From Promethearchaeia archaeon (GTDB lineage: Archaea; Asgardarchaeota; Lokiarchaeia; Sigyniarchaeales; SOKP01), in contig JAHQWK010000008.1 in NCBI GenBank assembly GCA_029856145.1, positions 32,001 through 96,000 of the forward strand: DNA of 64,000 nucleotides. The letters run 5' to 3'. The position numbers and the translations under genes are program-made. Each line of letters starts with the position of its first letter. Position 1 is the stretch's first letter. Positions 1 through 15,000 of this stretch are shown piece after piece. The notes beneath the pieces are model-generated. The model saw only the letters and a list, made by a program, of their open reading frames with translations, was not told the origin of the DNA and searched no databases.

Positions 1-3000
1 GCATTTAAATCTACAGCTTCTCATACAATTTCTTCTAGTTCCTTTAAAGTATGTCAAGAAACCGCAGAGACAGGTATTTCTACAAGCACAGAGACGATTG
101 GTTGGATTGCAATTGAATCAGGAAAAACAGGAACATTCCAAGGTGTCAAATATGAAACGGGAAGAGGAAATGATGGAAATAAAGATGGCTTTGATGACGA
201 TGGTCACACATTTACATTCTCTCAATCATTTAGTTCTGCTCCCATAATTATTACCAAACAGAATTCATTAAACGCTGGCAATGGCGCATGGGCTCGTTCT
301 TATGGCACTCTTTCTTCAAGCTCTCATATTACATGTTCCGAGGAAGATCAAGTAGGGGATTCAGAACGTAGTCATAATGATGAGACCTTTGGATTTATAG
401 CATTTGAAGAATCTTTATACTCCATAGGATCTACAGATGATCGATTTAGGCCAATATGGGGAACTCAAAATGTTGAAAGTATTAATACAGTATCCTATGG
501 TCAGACTTTTCCAAGTAGTATAGATAACGACGGAAATCTTGTTATCGATAATTCTCTAAAACAAGGAGCAAATTTTCTGGTCAATACAAAAGATAATAGT
601 TCCGTAAATAACTTTTTTTCAGATAGTTATAAATTCTTAACATTTGATACTTCTGGATATGATGCAAGTAAGTATCAGTTAAAAAATATCATTATTAATA
701 TTACAAATTTCTACACCTCTGCAAGCGACTTTCCCTCTTACCAAGATTCACAGAGTTTTGCACTCAAGAACTTTTATGAGGAATTTTTAAATGATCTTCA
801 CGAGTTTAAGATTCGCGTTATAACGCAAAAAGAAAATGCTCAAGATGAAGATGCGTTAGCTTATCTCTGTATTGGCGATTTTAATACATACACTCAAACT
901 ACAACTAATTATTTGAATTATGAAGAGTTTGAGTCGAATGCTATTCAAGGATACCATGTAAGCGATAAATTAGAGTTTACAGAAGATGGTATACAGTTAA
1001 GTGGGATGAGCGGGTTTAACACTAAAGACGCTCCTGAGACTCAGAAATTTAGAGATAATTTCCAGACATCCACATGGAACTTACTAGGCGCATCCGAACC
1101 AGATATCATCTTTACAGAATCAATTGAGCAGGATGCGATGACACGTTCCTTACATCCAAATTCGAATTATAATAGTCAAGAGTTCGATTTATCTTCATTT
1201 AAAATTTCAAATCCTTTTACCTATTGCTTATGGCAGGATACCATAATTAAAGGAACAGAGATCGCCTCATATCCAGATGATACTCGATATGATGATATTA
1301 CATATCAAATATATGGTGCAAATCTATACGGAAGTAATTATGAAATACAAGTTCAGGATAATTATGATTTTGAAGGGGCTAAAACATGGGATCTTGAATA
1401 TCTTATGTTTACTGATATAAATGTCGATTCTATTAAGCTTTATTCTGATTCTGGCACTATTGATGAGACTATTAATGGTAATACATTAAGTGGTACAGCA
1501 CGTGTAGAAGATTTGAAAGAATTATATATTAGCACTACTGACAACTTAGATCATGAGATATCTGTAGATCTTCTGATTTATACAACCGTAGTGGAAGAAT
1601 ATGAGACGTATATTGAAACTCAATCATTTAACTACAATTATTTAACATCGGGTAATAATGATATGCGTGAACTTATCGTTACACGTCCTTCAAGCTTAGT
1701 CTATCAAGGCCCATATATTTATGTATATTCAACTGGAGGTTTTGATGAAACTATTGTTACTTGGAATAGCCGCCCAGCAACTTATGATCTTCTATCACAA
1801 GCAGAGGGTTTGGACGATAGCACTCCTATTACATTCCCAATTAACTTAGGGAAGATTACTGAGAATAATTACTTCAAGATTGATGCTACAGATGGAGGGA
1901 TTGATTATTATAACGATCCTCCCGTAAGATTCACAATAGGCAAAAAACATCAAGAAGGAAGCTTAATGTACATGCAAACCAACATTACTGAAACGCTTAA
2001 GCTTAAGAGCGCTGTCTATCCTTCAAGTACCATAATAACAAAAAACGATCAAATTGTCATTGATTGCAAGGCAGCTACAAATAGTGAAGTTATATTGACT
2101 CTATTTAGTGAGGGTGAGTTTGTGCGTAATTTCACTGTTATAGAGCAAGGAAATCAAGATTACTCTTCACAAATTTTAGTATTTACGACAAATGAGACTA
2201 TTCAGTTCGATCAATTACAATTTACTAGTACACTTGGAAAAGAACAGTATTTTGTCGTTCATTCGATTGATGTGATTGCCGGAGCAAGTGTTATTGATGC
2301 TAAATTATGGACCTATGACTTTACTGGGCGAAATTTATATTCATCTAATACTGTAGAGGAAACTTCATCTAATTTTGCTCTTTTTCAAGATAATTTGTAT
2401 TATAACCTAACTTCGGGCTGGATTAATGATCAATATGAAATCCAAATTGAGTTCGAATTTATACTTCCAGAATCAGAAATGACTGATGTCGATAAAATTG
2501 ATATTAATTTAGTAGGAACGGGGACTGGCGTTTCATTAGGAGGTGCTAAATTTAAATATTTGAATTTAGCGACAGGTCCATATGAGAAAATTGAGTATAC
2601 AAACACAGGTGACACTTACACATTCTCAATCGATAATGTTCAAAAGATATTTGATAGCAGTAGTGCCACATATCAAGTTCACTTCTTAATAACTTTAGGT
2701 TCTTCTGATATTTTCACAGTTCATATAGATAGTGTTAATGCAATTACATATAAGGAGTGGTCTGCTCAACATGATTTATACAGAGCTTCATTTGTGTTTG
2801 AAAGGATACATAGCAATAATAACGCTAGTGTAACCATTGCCGTAAGTGATGAGATTTCATTGACCATAGAAGATTCAAAATTGTATATAAACGGTTATGA
2901 TAACATTATGTCTTTCTATTATAATTGTACTGAACAGCAATGGCACGCATATTTAAATGAAGAAACTACTGATTTACTGGTCAATGCAACAGAGAGTGAA

Positions 3001-6000
3001 CCTACACCAAAATTACGCATAGAATCCAACTACAATTCTACCAGTTACGGTATTATTGTAAAATCAATTGAATCGCAATATTATAAGAGAGTTCGCGATT
3101 CTGCTGATTTCGAAGAATATAAATCTGTCCTTGCGAGTTATAGAGCAGTCCAAGGACACGGAGAGGTAATAGAGCTTGATTCCCGAGATGCCAATATAAC
3201 CCCTGAGAACACCTTTGCTCAAGTATGTGCTGATGTTGATATTATATATTCTTTTCATGATGATATGCAAGAAGAAAATATTTTTTCATATGAATTAATA
3301 CCCACTTTTAGTTCAAGTTCTTTTGATAATCTAACTTCAGTAGTATATGATGAGACTGGGTTTATTTTTAGTTCCGTATCTGATCTTACAATCTACAATG
3401 TAACTTCTGTTGATGGTGATGTTACTAAGACATCTGGAGATTTATCAGATTTAAATGAAAAAGATGATTATAATTGGGTTAAATTTGATTCAGCATGGAA
3501 TACTGAAAGGTATGATAACTCCCCTGAATTTTATAAAACCCCCTCTGGAGCTTCCGGCTCTCCTTCAGAACCCGATGATTGGGATATTAGGGACGAGGGC
3601 ACCTGTAGAGAATATACTGTTATTTCTGGAACATCTTCTGTAAAAGCAGAAGATATATTTTCTTTTAATGGTCTACCAAGTTGGGCAGGTTCAGCAAAAG
3701 ATAAAGAAATTGAAGTGAAAATTTGGTGGGATGACAGTATCGGAGCTACTTTGAAATATTGTAAACTTTATGTTATGGATTGGGGTGATCCTTATGACAC
3801 TGATGACACCTATGTAGAAAAAGCTAGCTTTTACGAAGCTCAATGGGATACTAGGACTATTTCTCTTGCATCGGGCAATATTAATAGATGGCTTGATTAT
3901 AATACAAAACTCTATCAGACAAAAATCAAAATTGAAACGTATGTTGAAGCCAGTCTTCTCCCTGCACTGGATGTAAATATCGAATACCTTTATTTAGATT
4001 TTAAAAAAGATGATAAAGATACTTCTGCCGTTGAGTTTGAGTTTGACGATCTCATAAACGGAGAAAATGATTTCTATGTCTATTTTAGGGGGAAGACTGA
4101 CGGCTTAGACTTTACATCTAAATTACTCATCGACGGTGTGGAAAAACTTTCCTTCAACAACACTTTTGAAGAATATGCGGGATTTGTTAGTGATGTTGAT
4201 TCTATTAAAGTATGGATTGCTGATGATGGAGAAATCTATCACCCCTCATTAGATAACAGAGAAGTCATTTTGGATTATCTGGTGGTAAAATGGGTAAATG
4301 AAGATATCAATTTTACTGTGTATAATAAGGATTCAATCTTGCTTAATTCTTCACTTTCCCATACACAAGCAAGCTCAACTCCAATTGATAGAGGGTTTGT
4401 TGAATATAATCAATATTTTGGGAAAAACACTCTTCATTTCACGCTTAAAAATAGTATCCAGACACCAATTTTTGGGAGGAATAACAGCTTAATTTATGCA
4501 GATCTTGACCTTACCGATTTAGACCTTGATTTCACTCTCTTTCCAGACGAATCCTACGAAGATTTTCCTACAGAACATCAGAACGTAGAAGGAAAGAATT
4601 CAACTCAATATAATACAGATATTCTTAAAGATTATAACGAATACAGTAATAGCAGATTCAAGAACTCCGCTATAGACGATATTCAAATCCCTTTAATGAC
4701 TCCTATTGAGATGGATTTTGGAGATATTAACCTTGATGATTTTTCTGATATTGATTTAGAAATAGTTTTAGATTATGGCCTTGCACTTCAGAATAGAGCG
4801 AAAAATAGCGAGTGGAGTTGGAGGTTCAGGTTAATTTATTATAATTATACTTCAGGGGCTTGGGAAGACTTTAAAGGGCTTTTAAGAGCAAAAAACATGG
4901 GATATGAACGTTCCGTATGGGATCCTTCAAAGAACTTTGCAATGTACCTTCAAAATCCAGAAGTGAATGATTTCATTCCTATTTTAGATGATAACGACAT
5001 TCAGCTAAAGAATCCAATTCTCATTGACAGTATTACCAACGACACATTATCGGATGGAATATTCAAATTGGCGTTTGTATCCTATATTTTACCTGGTAAT
5101 CTATCCATTATGGGTGAGATTTACCAAGGCGAATGTTTCTCATATGAACGTGAAGACCCACTAGTTCCTATTAGTATTTCCCAGACGGTGAATATGCTTG
5201 AATGTATTCTTATAAGTGAATCTAGAGAAATAATATATCCTGAATCATCTGTAGTTGTTAACTTAGAATTAAATGAGAATTTAAAAGCTAATTTAAGCTC
5301 CATTTCCAATTTAGGAGAAATTGTTGCGGTAAAAGGGAGATATATTGATAATAAAGAGATTTTATACGAATATCCAATTCATTCCTATTGGGTCACTGCT
5401 GAAGACGAGCTTGCTTTTAATTCTCCAATGAAATACTTGTTTACTAATGTTACTATTGAGTATGTACCTCAACTTGCTCTTAATTATAACGCTACTGACG
5501 GATATTGGTATTTACCCAATAATGTATTTATAGCAAGTAGGAACTTTAGTCAACCGTTCTTTGTGAGTTCCTTATGCGTAAATAATACCTTCTACGGCAC
5601 ATATATCCATCCAGATGTGGACGTGGGATACACAGTCGGATTTTTAGGTAATCGAACGTATGTGAAATTTGCTGAAAATATTCACCCAGATTCCACAGTA
5701 AAAGGGGCAGTTCATTTTGCTAAAGTTGGATATAAATATCTCTATAAATTCTCCTTAAAAGATGAGCTATTATACTCCTATAATATATTAAATGAAGATA
5801 CTCCGTTAATTGACGGTATATTCCATATAGAACTCAATGCGGGATTTAAGGATGTAATTTATTCTGAGCTCTCCCAAGTTGCCTGTGAAGATTATCAATT
5901 ATTTATTAATATCACTCGTGTTGATACTTACACCGGTGAGACAAGATCTATCGGGTATTCCAGCATTGAATTAGACAGTAGTCTATTAGGGTATCATCTA

Positions 6001-9000
6001 TATAATTTAGATGTTAGCTTAGATGAATTTACCTTTGTTTCTAATGGAAGAGATCTACTAAAAGAAGCAATTACTCGAGGAACACATTATGATTTACAGG
6101 TTACTCTAGAAAGTTCTATTAGTAATTGTATTGTTGATGGTCATTTATTCAAAGGGATGTATGCTCATGAACTTCTTATTGCAAGTTTTGAAATAAAGAC
6201 AGAAGAATCAGAAATGAAATTTAATGGAGACCAAGTACAAACTCCGTATATCCCAATACCTCAAAAGAGTATCATTCTTGCCAGATTAGATACCGCGATG
6301 TACCAATTTAGCGATTTGGATTATAGTTTCGATTTTCTTATTGACGCTATCCGTACTGAAAAATACGCCCTTTATGAGAATATAGATTATATTTTTGATT
6401 CAAGCCAAAGCACAATTATCTTAATAGGCGAGTATAGAGATTATTCTGGGTATCTTTTTGCGGATATAACCTATAAAGCATTTGAATGGAAAGAAGGTTC
6501 TGTTTCGAGTCTGGAACCTATAACACTTACATTTGATAACGATTATGGCAGAAATATTTCAAAATTCTTAGAATTTTCCTTACAATATAATTTAATCCCT
6601 GGATATGAGTTAGAAAAAGTTGACTATACCTCTGGAAGATTAGTGCTGGCAAATGAAGAAAAAAGTTCTGCGTTAATGAATATCTATTTATATAACTTTA
6701 ATGATAATAAATGGGATAAAATTGAGTTTGTTGTATATGACGACTATACGGGAACAAATACCTTCTCGTATGTTGTCGATAGAAACTTTATCACATTTGA
6801 GGATTACTTTAATAAAACAACGGGAGATGAATTTGAAGTTAAAGCTGTTCTTGCCGTAGAAGAGGTTATAGGTGATTATTTTGTATCGCAAGCAAGTTTC
6901 GGGATCACCTCTATTAACGCAAGTATCTATTATGATACTCCTGATACGGAACATACTATAAACCCAGAAATTGAATTTGATGTTGACCTTACCGAATTCT
7001 TTACAGGTGACTCTAAATATTTAGAACAAATAAAAGTAGATTTACAATTTTCAGGAGAGATTGAATTTGATTCCGCTTTTATCTTCTCTCAATATGCTTT
7101 GTTAGAAGAAAATTATAATTTTTATATAAGAAATAAATATCTCGATTTTGAACAGTTTACATTAGAAGATAATACAATTATTCTTTCACGAGAAGAAATT
7201 AATCGCCTAATATTCCATGATATTGAAAATGAAAAATATTACTTACGTGCAAAATTAGAGTATGATTGGACCTGTATTCTTGAGATGAATCTTGGAAGTA
7301 ATTCTAGACTTGAAATTGTTTCTACTCTCAACTTAATTAAATATGATCTATCAGCTTCCTACACTTCATACGAGACCACAAGAATTTCAGCTCAAGAAAT
7401 TGATACTCCGTATGATCTCTGCGAGATAATTGCTCCAGACTATATTGAGACTGATTCAGGTATTTCTGTTTTAGAGAGCGATAATGAAATTGATATTGGT
7501 ATTTTTGGAGGTTTTCTAAGAAATGCAAATACACGACAGAGGTTAATGGTAAGACAGCAATTATATTATACATTCAATGAAAGTACTTCTGGACCACAAG
7601 CGATTTTATTAGATCAAGAATACACCGATGCGATTTTACGGTTTTTGATTCCGCTTGGATATTTAGAGCAGCCATATACTTATTTGATAAATAAGACATA
7701 TTTTACTTTTATAACTGATTTTGAGGTTATAGATGTAAAACTATACCGTTATAATGGTGTTTCAGACGTATTTGTGGCAAATATGACTCCTCATTCAACA
7801 AAAGTAGGTATATTTGAATATACATGGGACGACGTTGAAGGGGATACTGAAACAACTTCTGGTGATACAGTGGAGCTCATGTTCCTCTTAACTGATGTTT
7901 TTGAAAACACTGGAAGTTATCGTTATAATTTTACAACCGATTTCAATCCACCTAATCCAGAAATTTCAATAGGAGACGGTTCAGAAAGTTTTGAAGATTG
8001 TACGGCAGATCCTACCACATCTCTTACGTTTACTCATACTGAGGAAGGATTATACACCGAATATTATAGAATTATTGATAATATGTTAGGTAGTACAACC
8101 GATTGGATTAAATTTAACTCAACTGAGCTTCTTATTTTAGATGATTTAGCTATTCTACCAGAGAACTTTACAATTGAATATAACGTTATCGATGCTGCGG
8201 GAAATGAGAATATTACTTCAATTTATAATTATAATTATCAATACATCACATTTTCAAGGGAAAAATCAATTACCCTTACCGACGATACTATTGATTTGAA
8301 CGGATTTTCTAATAGAGAGATTTCCTTTACCGATACAGGACAGTTTAATAACAGCCAGAATTTAGATGTCTATATTAACGGATTTAGATATGGTACTGCC
8401 TACTTAGATTCTGGCTCATATAGGCTTTCATTCGGCAACGAGAATTCTAAAGAGACTTTGATTGCTTACTCCGACTCATTACTGTCAGACTACATTTATT
8501 CTAATATCAATCCTCTCAACCATATCAGTTGGGAAGTTAGAGAAGATGAATACTATGCTATAGTGAAACATGTGCTTGTGGATAGCGATATTGTCATCAC
8601 CAATCCTCTTACTTATAATATTACGACTGAATTTGAATTGGAACACCTTTATAACAGAGGTTTTGGATTGTCAGACTATATGAGGATAAAGCAAGTATAT
8701 TATATCAACGCTTCAGACGGTAGTAAGATTCCTCTCACTTTAGGTCCTGATTTTATCGTCTATGAGGAAACTGGAATTGTAGATTTCCCAGAGTATTCAG
8801 TTGTCTATAATTTATATGAGAGCATAAGTGAGGTTAAGGATGGAATCATTTATTTCGAGTATGACGCCTCTCCTTTTGCTGACCAATTACGACTTTCGAA
8901 TGCAGATGGTTTTTTCATCAACTTTACCATGCCTTCAGTGTATTATGAACATACAACAATCGAGAAACTTGTTATTAGTTTAAACGATTTTGCCGGCAAT

Positions 9001-12000
9001 TCTTTTGCAAAAGTCTATTATGATATTGATTTACGGCAATACTTCTTAGATAATGTAAAAGGTCAATATGAAGAAGATATTTTTGGTCTAGGTAAAATGA
9101 TGACCATTCCGTTATATATTGATCTGAATGAAATTGCAATTTCCAATATTGATAAACAATTTGATCTTAAATTATTAAAATCTGTTTCCATAACAGTTTC
9201 TGATCATGAAAGATGGCCAGGTTCATTTATTCAAAATTTTGAAAATTATTCTGTTATGAACTTACCTTATCAACGTATAGGAGTTAAAGATATCAAACTA
9301 TATAATTTGATTAGTGATACCATTGAAGCAGATGAACAAGGATATGTAAGCGCCTCTATTATGTTTAGAGCTTCCGATTATTATAATCTCTTTGCTGAAG
9401 CTGAGTTTAATATTAAGAAGCTTGATATTGAGTTTACAAACACTAAAGCTTACGCATATAACCAAGAGATTGACACTTCAGTTGATATGGAATATTCTGA
9501 TTTCATTGAGTTAAATTACCGTTGGAACAATTCTTTAGCTCAAGTATTGCTCAATGATATTGTATATTTGCCTGTGTCTATGATTAATGCCACTTCAGGA
9601 GAAGAACTTGGATATAGTACAGCAAATTGGATAACAAAATTTGATTATGATTCTTTATCAAATTATCTCACAAAATACTATTACTCGAAATTTGAAGTAC
9701 CAAAAACATTAGGCGAAATTGATATTTCCTTTAGCTCTCCGGGCACATCTCTTTTCAATATTACTTTCATAGATGCGCCTACAATTGCTTTAAATGTTAC
9801 TCAAGAATCTCTATCCACAGATCCTATTTATCTTCCAGAGACAGATTATGAGCTTGAGTACGGTCATACCTTATTACTTGAGGGAGCTATACTTGACAAC
9901 GATGAGTATTTAGTAGAAGATAAGGTATATAATTATAAGTATCAAGAAGCACTTGACGGAAAGACAACTCACGCCCTTGACATAGTCTCTCCTTATGGAG
10001 ATCCTGATTTTATTGATAGGGAAGAATTTGCAATTTATTATGTAAATGATGAATTAAAGATCCTTCCATTATTTTCAACGTTAAACGGTCGATATTTCAC
10101 AAATAAGACAATTTTAGATTATAATGAAGATCCCACTATAAGTTACATAGATAATTCATTTGTGCTCAATATTTACTGGAGAAAGAACTCTACAAATTTT
10201 ATTCATTATGATACGAATCTATTAATTACCCATAAAGTTGTCAATGGAAAACCAATTTCTCCAATTTCCTATAGCTCTCTTGATTCATTTGGAAACGATA
10301 AGCAGCAGAACCTAATGGAGATCCCTTTCGCGCGATATGATATGCTTACGAAGAACTGGGTTACTCAAGATACCTTCACTCAACAATTCCGTATTGATAA
10401 AGTGTTGCTTTTTGAGGATGTTGAGAGTTCTGGTACTACTATTAGGGGTCCTTCTTTCGAGGTCGGACAGAATAATATTACTACAGGGATTATCGATATC
10501 GGAGATATATATGAAAATAAAACCGATTCTGAAATATTTGAATTAGTAGATGAGGAAGAATATTCATGGTTAATTAATACGAATGGAGAACTTGTGGTTT
10601 CTGGATTGCCTTATGTATCAGGAGACACCTTCAAAATTTCATATTATGCATATTATCCTGTAGCAATACCCCACTCTCTAAACAGCCCAAGCTCTTCCAT
10701 CGTGTATATCAAAGTAATAAACAACTCAGGATATGAGTTTGAATTCGCTTTAAATACCGATTATAAGTTTTCTGAAGATGGGTATTCTGTGTATTTTCTC
10801 GATTTATACAACTCAATTATTAAAAGTGGTAATTTCTCTATTTTTAATACATTTGAGGTTAAATATACTGCCCCACTTACACGAAAAGTTGATTTATCTA
10901 CCAATATTTTATTGATGCTTCAAGATAATCTTGGCAATGATATTCCTATTGATGTTATTCCTATTGATAACTTAGGATTCTTTGAATATGAACAAGTTCT
11001 TCGAGAAGATAGCCCACTCTCGATCCCTCTTGGTGGGGGCAAGAAGCTTGTTCATATGCTCTTATCTTATTTACCATTAAGTGTCCATAACAAATCTTCT
11101 GGTACTTCCATTTCCATATCATATTCCGATCCTGAGTTCGGAAATATTTATCCATATATAGAGAGTAATAGTTGGGCAAAACCAATAACCATACTTACCA
11201 TCCCCGATAACGTCAAACTCACGATGGTTGAGGATCCATTAGATAATATTGTATTTAGTCAAAAATACTTTGAAGAGAGAGATTATGTATATAATTATAA
11301 TCCTATGGAAGCCTTAGAGGAAGGAGAAGAATATACAAAAGTGATGATTGATGCCCTTGTACAGCAAGAGTATACTTTTGCCTTTAAATTGACAACTGCT
11401 GAAGGAAAATCCATAAACAATTCAATAGTCTGGGCTCATATTGGTCTACTTCCGAAGAGTGAGAAGCAATTCCTAAACGATAGGATGGTTATTGAGGATC
11501 TTGGAATCTCACCATACTTTGAAGCCTTAGGTACCCAAGAAATCACCTTCATAGGTCCTGGTGAAAGTCCTAATAAGATGTTTGGAAAACCACTCCTATA
11601 TGAGACAGATGGCTATAATACTAATTACAGTGCGTACGGACCTTATTACTGGCTCTATTCCACCACCAATGAAAATGGTGAAGCTACATTTGAAGTTTCC
11701 TTTGACCAAGATTATCTTACCGACTTTACTGATATTTTCGGTTCACGCGAAGGGTTTGATTCAGTGGAGGATGTGGTCTTATATCTCCGTGTGTTTAATT
11801 CCTATTTTGACTGGGACGAATTTGAAATTGATACCCCTAATCAATACTTATGCTCAAAGGATGGTATGATCTATAATGGGTCTACCGCATTAAATAATTA
11901 TAACTTTGATAAATTAGCATTACAAGACTCTACATATGTAGAAGGACTAATCAGATTACATAAAAAAGATATTTCCGTAGCTACCAACGATTATTACAGC

Positions 12001-15000
12001 TACCAACTTCCTGATGCCGATCTTGGACAAAACTATGAACCTCTTACTTTGCATCTACGGGTTCATGAAGCAAGCCCAATTCCAAATGGCGAGGCTACAA
12101 ACATCGAATCCCTTACAAAAGTTTATACCAGTTCTGAATTAGAACCACTTCCAGTAAATATTCTAAAGGGAGATTACACATATTATGCCGCTATTCAATT
12201 CTATACCCCTTCGGGAACGTTAGTCGAGACGCTCTATAAAGCAATTGAACCTGCGTATAATGATGGTATTGTAGAGATTGACAATGAGACTGTATATACT
12301 ATTTTAGATAAGCTCGGTCCGGGAATTTCCACCCTTAAAATCCAAATATTAGAATCAGAATCATATAAAGCCTCACCTGTTATTATCATCCCTATCGAAA
12401 TTCAACCGTCAAATTGGATTAAATTTGGGCAAAAGAACTCCCAAATTGATTTAATCAATCCGTTTGTATCAGCATGGGGTGTTGCCTATAACGGCGCTGA
12501 CGAGATGCCTTTTGAATCGTGCTATCCACACTTGATCGGTAGTATGTGGGTTGAACCATTCTTCAATGCTACAGGTGGAGATGAGTCAATTCAAGATTAT
12601 ATTGATATTAATTTAGATTGTACTATCTATAATGATGATGGCACCACCAGTACCTTCCCATTACAAAGTAATATCATGCTACGTCCGGGTAATTGGGACG
12701 GTATTTTAACCTTCGATATCGGTCTAGGTCCTGAATCCGCTTTTCTGATGGGACTTCAATGCGATCTGAACTTATCATTTAGTATAGATTTCAATAGCGA
12801 CAAAATTTTTGAAGATCAGAGGGATGTGTCAATTTACCTATTAGATCTACGGTTAGAAGCCTATCCATCAAGCAGTACACCGATCACCACATGGTCAATC
12901 TATGATGATGGCTTTAGTGATACAACCATTAAAGTAAAGGAATTGGATACGGTAAGCACAAATACTGGCACATTAGACTTAGGAGGAACTCAAAGTGGGG
13001 TAGTGTATGGACAAGAAGTAGCATTCTTATTTGATAATAGCACTTTAGATTATGCTTTAAACGCCGAAAGTGAGCTGTTAAACCTACTAGCTCTTGACGG
13101 AATTGAAGTGATGAAAGTTGCCGGAATTAAAGATGGAGATGAATATAGTTTTATTAAAGACACAGATTATTCAATCCCATATGCTTCTTCTGGAATTCTA
13201 GCTAATGAATCTGCTATTAAATTCTTAGGAAACGATGTACCTGATGAAGGAACAGAATTTTCCATAACCTATAAGCTGAAATTTGATTTCGATACCAATA
13301 AGTATGGAGTTATTACATTAGGTTATACAAGTAATGAGAATGTAAGCTCCATTGAACTTCAATTACATGAAGACTTCTTGCCAACCAGTAATAGTTCCTA
13401 TTCACCATTATTCATTCAATTTACCGATAGATTTACAGGTACAGGCTCTCAGACCGAGTTTACAGTTAATTATGGGTTAAGCGGAGTATCTTCGTGGAGT
13501 AGTGATTATTTTGTTATTTACAACGAGCAAGAATTAATTGATAATTATGGCTCATTTACAAAAACAGTTTCTTCAGGAAGACCAAAATTAACCTTTTCCA
13601 CTGCTCCCCCAAATCAAGCAAAAGTAAATATTACCTATGGAATAAAATCACAATACAACTTATCATATGGATTCCAGAAAGTTGACAAACCATATAGTTC
13701 TTCTGTGAGGTTGATTCAAAATGATGATTATTCTCCAAGTATAAAAGATGAGGCAAATAATGAGTTAGCTACCTACTCACTTTCTGATCCCTCAATGTAT
13801 ATTTCTCTTGATGATTCTGCTGAAAAGACCCTTTTAAAACTGTTAAATATTCCATTGTTATATGATCCAGAAATTAATATGACTTTTGCTTTTGATGGCG
13901 TTCTTTTAGATTTAATTGATAGCTTTGACACTGATTTTAATAACCTTACTATCCAATTTAAATATATCACCAATGATGGATATTATGAATTTTATTCTGA
14001 TCCAATGGTTATTCCACTTGATTATTCAGAAATTTCTCCTGATATTGTAGACAATAGTTATGTTATTTATTATAATAAAGACCTTCAAGCCATCTATGAT
14101 ATGGTGGGTGCCAGCAGTTTTGATATTGAAATTATTTTAAGTCAAGTCGGAAGTAGCGATAATTATATTCCTTATATTTTATTAGAAGAGTTCGAGTACA
14201 TTTCCAATACCCATATTGTAGAAAATTTTGGAAGTATGCCCCTAGATAAATACGGGAATATGGACACAAAAGCAATTGTAAACAGCCCACATTACTATCA
14301 AACATTTAGCCGACCGTTTATCGATTCTGTGTATGGAAGTTCTCCATTTAACTTAATTGATGGAAGCCAAGTGACAGTTGGACTTCAGAACTTACCTAAC
14401 TGCACATTAATTTCAATGGATTCTGATGGAGAGACCTATAACTTCAACTATTTAGGCGACTCCTCAACTCTTACGGTAAATAATACCAATTTCTATATGA
14501 TTCCTAATGTTGCCATGTATATTGATACTTATGGAATCGAAGAAACATTATACCAAGATGGGTATCTTGATTTATATTATGGTTCGGGAACAGAGATTGA
14601 CGGAGAAGAGCGTTATACCGCAAATATTTTAATGGATTATGAAAGTTCTGCAATTGAGGATTACCGATCTTCGATTTCCAATAAGGTTCCTACTTCATGG
14701 GAAGATACTTATAATTTTACTAATCAATTTATAACTACAGACATCATAACTGTACAAGGACGGGTATTTTACCACCAAGTATTTGATTTAGATACTGATA
14801 CAAACAGCTCCTCTTATATTAATGACATATTTCCAAATTATCCAAATACAATCTATTTCGGTTTGCAATTACCTGATAATTTCGATGTAGCTCAAATAAA
14901 GAAAGTTGGCGAGCCATATGAGTACGCATTATCGGTTCATGGATTCCCAACTGGAAAATACCAAGATAAGTATTGTAGACTTCCAGAAACATATAGCGGA

